NCBI GenBank assembly: GCA_963749655.1
Contig: CAVVOB010000013.1
Location: 64,001 to 128,000 of the forward strand
Origin: Nitrospirota bacterium
GTDB lineage: Bacteria; Nitrospirota; UBA9217
Direction of reading: 5' to 3'
DNA length: 64,000 bases
This document shows positions 59,675-64,000 of the stretch, piece by piece. The notes under the pieces are model-generated. The model did not search any database. It was not told the DNA's origin and saw only the letters and a list, made by a program, of their open reading frames with translations. Both the position numbers and the translations under genes were made by a program. Position 1 is the first letter of the stretch, and each line of letters begins with the position of its first letter.

Positions 59675-60682
59675 ATGCTTAAATACGCCGACCTCATATC
59701 AGGCCTCAAACAGCGCAAGGTCCTGCCGCTTTACCTTTTTTTCGGCGAAGAGGAATTTCTCATCCGGGAAGCACTCGAGCTCCTCATTGAAACGGTCGTG
59801 GACCCGGGAGCGCGCGACTTCAATTTCAACACCCTCTATTGCCGCGACACCCCCGCCCACGACATCGTCAATCTGGCCCAGACACTCCCGTTCATGGCGG
59901 AGAAGCGGCTCGTCATTGCCAGGGAGGTCGATGCGTGGAAAGCCGGCGACCTCGAAGAACTGCTGCCCTACCTCAAGGACCCGTCCCCGAGCACCTGCCT
60001 CGCGCTGGTCTCGAACCAGGCGCGGTACGATAAAAAAGCGGTTGTCTCGGCCGTCGAGGCCAACGGCGGCGTGGTCCGGTTCTTTCCGCTTCTGGACCGC
60101 GAGATCATCGGATGGATCAACGGCTGGGCAAAGGGCCGCGGCATCGTCCTGCAAACTGAGGCGGCGCACTATCTCTGGCAGACGATCGGCAATGAGCTTC
60201 AGGCGCTCGGCAACGAGCTCCAGAAAGTGGAGATCTATGCCAAGGGGAAAAAGACCATTACACTCGATGATATGAAGACCGTGGTGGGTGATTTCCGGGA
60301 ATACACGTCCTTTGACCTTGCCGCTGCACTGGGCCAGAAGAACCGGGACCGGGCTTTTCTCATCCTGTCCCGGCTGCTGCAGGAGGGTGAGCAGCCCGTG
60401 GGGCTCCTGGGCGCCGTAGCATGGAACTTCAGGAGGCTGCTGCAGGCAAAGAGCCTGGAAGCGTCGGGACTCGGCAGCGATGAGGTCATGAAAAAACTGA
60501 GGATCGTTTTTCACCAGGCCGGTCTGTTCAAGGAGCAGATGAGGCGGTACCGGCAGGATGAATTGAGGGGCGCCCTGAGCGTCCTGCTGTCAACAGACCG
60601 GGCACTCAAATCGGGTGGGTTGAACGGGAAATTGGTCCTGGAACGGATGATCCTGAAGCTATGCGGGGGGAGTGACGCATAG
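59675..60682 (+). CDS. holA: DNA polymerase III delta subunit
   Basis: PLYLFFGEEEFL, QTLPFMAEKRLVI, NELQK, TDRALKSG; synteny. Confidence 0.93.
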   Translation: MLKYADLISGLKQRKVLPLYLFFGEEEFLIREALELLIETVVDPGARDFNFNTLYCRDTPAHDIVNLAQTLPFMAEKRLVIAREVDAWKAGDLEELLPYLKDPSPSTCLALVSNQARYDKKAVVSAVEANGGVVRFFPLLDREIIGWINGWAKGRGIVLQTEAAHYLWQTIGNELQALGNELQKVEIYAKGKKTITLDDMKTVVGDFREYTSFDLAAALGQKNRDRAFLILSRLLQEGEQPVGLLGAVAWNFRRLLQAKSLEASGLGSDEVMKKLRIVFHQAGLFKEQMRRYRQDELRGALSVLLSTDRALKSGGLNGKLVLERMILKLCGGSDA

Positions 60683-60737
60683 GGCAGGGAGCAGAGGGCA
60701 AAGTGAAGCTCTTTCCCCTATGCGCTATGCCCTTTGC
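60677..60737. repeat. Inverted heptamer tandem-repeat element
   Basis: gcatagg/gcaggga/gcagagg/gcaaag ... ctttccc/ctatgcg/ctatgcc/ctttgc. Confidence 0.8.
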
Positions 60738-60751
60738 CGCAGCACATGATA

Positions 60752-61021
60752 TCAGGCGGTCTTGACCTTGCCCGCCCTTTTCGACAGGCGAGAGATCTTC
60801 CTGGAAGCGGTTTTCTTGTGCACGAACCCCTGCGATGCGGCCTTGTTAAAGGCTTTCATGGCCTTGGTCAGGGCATCCTTGGCTTCGCCTGCATTGTTGG
60901 CTGCGGCAGCCTGTTCTACTTTCTTGGCAGCTGTCTTGAGCGCTGATTTCACGGATTTATTCACAAGATGCTGCTTATCTGCCTGTCTCTGCCTTTTGAT
61001 GACGGATTTGTGTATTGCCAC
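60752..61021 (-). CDS. rpsT: 30S ribosomal protein S20
   Basis: MAIHKSVIKR.RQ, NKSVKS, KAASQGFVHK.TASRK.SRL. Confidence 0.96.
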   Translation of the reverse strand: MAIHKSVIKRQRQADKQHLVNKSVKSALKTAAKKVEQAAAANNAGEAKDALTKAMKAFNKAASQGFVHKKTASRKISRLSKRAGKVKTA

Positions 61022-61158
61022 TTCTTGCCTCCTTGTAATTTAAAAACAGTTCATTCTTTTAACACAAAGGGCCGCTAAGTGTCAAGAAAAAAACCTTTTC
61101 TTGGCGCCTGTTTTCTGTTACAGTGTCCCCTTATTTCCCGTACGTGAGGAGAAACGGC

Positions 61159-62736
61159 ATGTCTGAGAAAGTCAAGGTTGCGAAGGCTGCGGGCGTTGTG
61201 GGCCTTGCCACCCTTGCCAGCAGGCTGATGGGCTATATGCGCGACGTGGTGATGTCCTGGGCCTTCGGCACCGGACTCGCGGCCGATGCCTTCTACGTCG
61301 CCTACCGCATCCCGAACCTTCTCCGGGAGCTCCTCGCCGAAGGGTCCATGTCCGCGGCCTTCATTCCGGTTTTTTCCGAGACCCTGGCCAAGGAATCGAA
61401 GGAAAGCGCCCGGCACCTCGCCAATGCCGTGTTCGCGCGGCTCCTGGTCATTCTCGTTATCATCACCGGCCTCGGCATTCTGTTCGCGCCCTACGTGGTC
61501 AAGGTGGTCGCCTGGGGGTGGGCGTACAATGCCGAGCATGCCAAGTACGTCCTCGGGGTCACGCTTACCAGGATGATGTTCCCCTACCTGTTGTTCATCG
61601 GCCTTGCCGCGCTTGCCATGGGCATGCTGAACTCTCTCCGCTCCTTCCTCATGCCGGCACTGTCGCCGGTCATGCTCAACATCATGGTCATAACTGCGGT
61701 GGTTCTCAGCATGCGGTATCTTTCAGAACCGATCATGGGAGTGGCGGCAGGGGTCGTGCTCGGCGGCGTGTGCCAGTTTCTCGTCCAGATACCGGGGCTC
61801 AGAAAACAGGGAATGATGATCCGGCCGCAATTCACGCCGACCCATCCCGGAGTCAGAAAGGTCGGCGCCCTGGCAGTGCCTATTTTCATCAGCTCCTCGG
61901 TGAGCCAGATCAACATATTCATGGGCACGATCTTCGCGTCCTTTCTGGCGACCGGCAGCATCACCTATCTTTTCTACGGCATGCGGTTCATTCATTTTCC
62001 GCTCGGCATCTTCGGGATCGCCATAGCAACGGCCGTGCTCCCGACCATGGCGACGCAGGCGGCCCGGAACGAAATCGAAGACTTCCGCGACACGCTTTCG
62101 CTGGGTCTGCGCCTCGTCTTCTTCATCATGTTTCCGGCGATGGCGGGCCTCATCACGCTCCGGGTCCCGATCGTGAACCTCCTGCTCGAGCACGGCCAGT
62201 TCGACCGCATATCCACCCAGGGAACGGCAATAGCCATTCTCTACTATGCCGTCGGTCTCTGGTCCTTTGCCGGCGTGCGGATCGTGGCCCAGGCGTTCTA
62301 TGCGCTCCAGGACACGAAAACGCCGGTCAAGGTCGCCGTGGTGTGCCTCATCGCCAATATCCTGATGAGCGCCGCGTTCATCGTCTGGACGCCGCTGAAC
62401 CACGGCGGACTTGCCCTTGCTAATTCGCTGGCATCTGCTCTCAACATCGGACTCCTGACCGTGCAGCTGCGGAAAAAGATCGGCCGCATGGACGGCGGCC
62501 GGATACTGAAGTCAATGATCAAGATCGTCATCGCGTCCGTCGCCATGGCCGCGGTCGGCTGGTGGGTCAGCAAGAATCCCGTATGGCTGCTGACGGGGAA
62601 CACTCTGTATAAAGCCGAGCTCCTGGCCGGTGGGATGTTCGCCAGCGCGCTCTTCTATATCGTCGCGATGTGGATCATGAGGAGCGAGGAGCTGCAGTTC
62701 CTCTGGGGGATGGCGCGGAGAAGAAAGCAGGGATGA
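61159..62736 (+). CDS. murJ: Lipid II flippase MurJ
   Basis: SRLMGYMRD, ADAFYVAYRIPNLLRELLAEG, FYALQDTKTP. Confidence 0.97.
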   Translation: MSEKVKVAKAAGVVGLATLASRLMGYMRDVVMSWAFGTGLAADAFYVAYRIPNLLRELLAEGSMSAAFIPVFSETLAKESKESARHLANAVFARLLVILVIITGLGILFAPYVVKVVAWGWAYNAEHAKYVLGVTLTRMMFPYLLFIGLAALAMGMLNSLRSFLMPALSPVMLNIMVITAVVLSMRYLSEPIMGVAAGVVLGGVCQFLVQIPGLRKQGMMIRPQFTPTHPGVRKVGALAVPIFISSSVSQINIFMGTIFASFLATGSITYLFYGMRFIHFPLGIFGIAIATAVLPTMATQAARNEIEDFRDTLSLGLRLVFFIMFPAMAGLITLRVPIVNLLLEHGQFDRISTQGTAIAILYYAVGLWSFAGVRIVAQAFYALQDTKTPVKVAVVCLIANILMSAAFIVWTPLNHGGLALANSLASALNIGLLTVQLRKKIGRMDGGRILKSMIKIVIASVAMAAVGWWVSKNPVWLLTGNTLYKAELLAGGMFASALFYIVAMWIMRSEELQFLWGMARRRKQG

Positions 62737-62834
62737 TTCTGAATGCGGAATGGGGAATAAAAAATCGTCACAAGGGTCAAGTAGCAAGGGGGGATGCCAC
62801 TCCTTGCTACATGCAACTTGCTACTTCGCTACTT
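62735..62834. repeat. Composite heptamer tandem repeats with inverted arms
   Basis: gattctg/aatgcgg/aatgggg, then tcacaag/ggtcaag/tagcaag ... cttgcta/catgcaa/cttgcta/cttcgct. Confidence 0.7.
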
Positions 62835-62853
62835 TCTTTAAGGATAAAAGGAC

Positions 62854-63492
62854 ATGGTTCTCATTCGACTGGTGGTCGGACCGCTGCAGGTGAACTGCTT
62901 CATTCTCGCCGACGACAAAACAAAAGAAGCGGTGGTCATCGACCCCGGCGACGACGGGCAGGACATACTGAAGGTCGTCAGAGACCGGGAGTTCAAGGTA
63001 AAATACATCGTGAATACCCATGCCCATTTCGACCATGTGGGTGCGAACAGGGCTGTCAGGGAGGCCACCGGCGCCGAACTGCTGCTCCATGAAGGCGATG
63101 CACAGCTGCTGACCGAGGCGCCCCGGCAGGCCCGCTCTTTCGGCATCCAGGCAGCGCAGCCGCTCCCTGCGGACCGGTATGTCAAACAGGGCGATGTCAT
63201 CAGGGCGGGAGAGGTCGCTCTCACGGTCCTGCATACGCCCGGCCACTCGCCCGGCGGCATCAGCCTGCTCGAGCAGGGTATGGTGTTCACGGGCGACGCC
63301 CTTTTTGCCGGGTCCATCGGCAGGACGGACCTGGAGGGAGGGGACCTTATGACCCTCATCAAGGGCATCAAAACCAATCTTATGACCCTGCCCGATGATA
63401 CGAAAGTCTTTCCCGGCCACGGTCCGGCATCGACGATCGGAGAGGAAAGGCGGGAAAACCCGTTTTTGAACGCCCAGTCGGGGTTTGAATAG
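62854..63492 (+). CDS. MBL-fold metallo-hydrolase (glyoxalase II/YcbL-like)
   Basis: THAHFDH, HTPGHSPG, GDALFAGSIGRTD, PGHG. Confidence 0.93.
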   Translation: MVLIRLVVGPLQVNCFILADDKTKEAVVIDPGDDGQDILKVVRDREFKVKYIVNTHAHFDHVGANRAVREATGAELLLHEGDAQLLTEAPRQARSFGIQAAQPLPADRYVKQGDVIRAGEVALTVLHTPGHSPGGISLLEQGMVFTGDALFAGSIGRTDLEGGDLMTLIKGIKTNLMTLPDDTKVFPGHGPASTIGEERRENPFLNAQSGFE

Positions 63493-63571
63493 CCGGTTTC
63501 TCTTGAGCTTTGAGCGCCGGTGTGGTAAAGTGCAGGTTACATTTTTAGCAGCGGAATTTCTGTAAAGTTTA

Positions 63572-63656
63572 GCCACGAATTAACACGAATTTTAGATAAG
63601 AGAAAGAGCCTGGTTCTTTTAATCTTGGTTGCTTTTTAATCGAGAAAATTCGTGGC
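63572..63656. repeat. Inverted decamer repeat element
   Basis: gccacgaatt/aacacgaatt, AT-rich spacer, then aatcgagaa/aattcgtggc. Confidence 0.75.
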
Positions 63657-63692
63657 AAAACAATGCGACAATAATTTTGAAGGAGAAACTCT

Positions 63693-64000
63693 ATGGTTGT
63701 CGGTCCGATTCGTGAAGGTCTTACATTTGACGATGTATTGCTTCTGCCGGCTAAGTCCGATATCCTGCCGAGGGACGTTGACATCAGGACGCAGCTTACC
63801 AAGCGCCTGGCCCTGAACATTCCGCTCGTAAGCGCGGCGATGGACACGGTTACCGAGGCAAAGCTTGCCATCGCCCTGGCGCAGGAGGGCGGCCTCGGCT
63901 TCATCCATAAGGCGCTGCCCATGGACGTCCAGGCGGAAGAGGTGGACAAGGTCAAGAAGTCGGAAAGCGGCATGATCATCGACCCCATTACGATCTCTCC
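63693..64000 (+). CDS. guaB: IMP dehydrogenase (5' part, runs off the window)
   Basis: Manual translation [22 protein letters not shown]...[32 protein letters not shown]; AGGAG RBS. Confidence 0.95.
   Translation, partial: MVVGPIREGLTFDDVLLLPAKSDILPRDVDIRTQLTKRLALNIPLVSAAMDTVTEAKLAIALAQEGGLGFIHKALPMDVQAEEVDKVKKSESGMIIDPITIS

Overview
A 64-kb chromosomal segment of a GC-rich, Gram-negative anaerobic sulfur-dissimilating bacterium, most consistent with Nitrospirota (inferred from protein style and gene order; not verified). (1) An AT-richer Rhs polymorphic-toxin island (1-8690) holds a 2-kaa signal-peptide-bearing SpvB/FG-GAP/YD-Rhs protein and a putative immunity gene. It also holds a HUH Y1 (RAYT-like) transposase bounded by 30-bp terminal inverted repeats, and an orphan toxin-tip/immunity remnant closed by a degenerate copy of the same end motif. 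(2) Housekeeping genes follow: uvrC, IMPase/FBPase, mglA-like, ispDF, cysE, OsmC. (3) A complete ~12.5-kb dissimilatory sulfite reductase cluster reads dsrA-B-D-N-orf-C-fdx-dsrH/E/F-like-dsrT-M-K-J-O-P-fdx. It combines reductive markers (dsrD, dsrT) with DsrEFH-like sulfur-relay genes and two near-identical ferredoxins. (4) Core and signalling genes: nfeD/SPFH, rsmD, coaD, RNB nuclease, three REC-PilZ paralogs, DinG, amidase-GerMN-murI, folC, lptD, cutA, a DGC, der, leuS, lptE, holA, rpsT, murJ and partial guaB. Nine gene junctions carry short tandem-repeat arms (7-, 9- or 10-mers), mostly arranged as inverted pairs. Eight apparent frameshifts (dsrK, folC, der, leuS x4, first ORF) are all +1 insertions and are probably sequencing errors. 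No rRNA, tRNA or CRISPR array was recognised.
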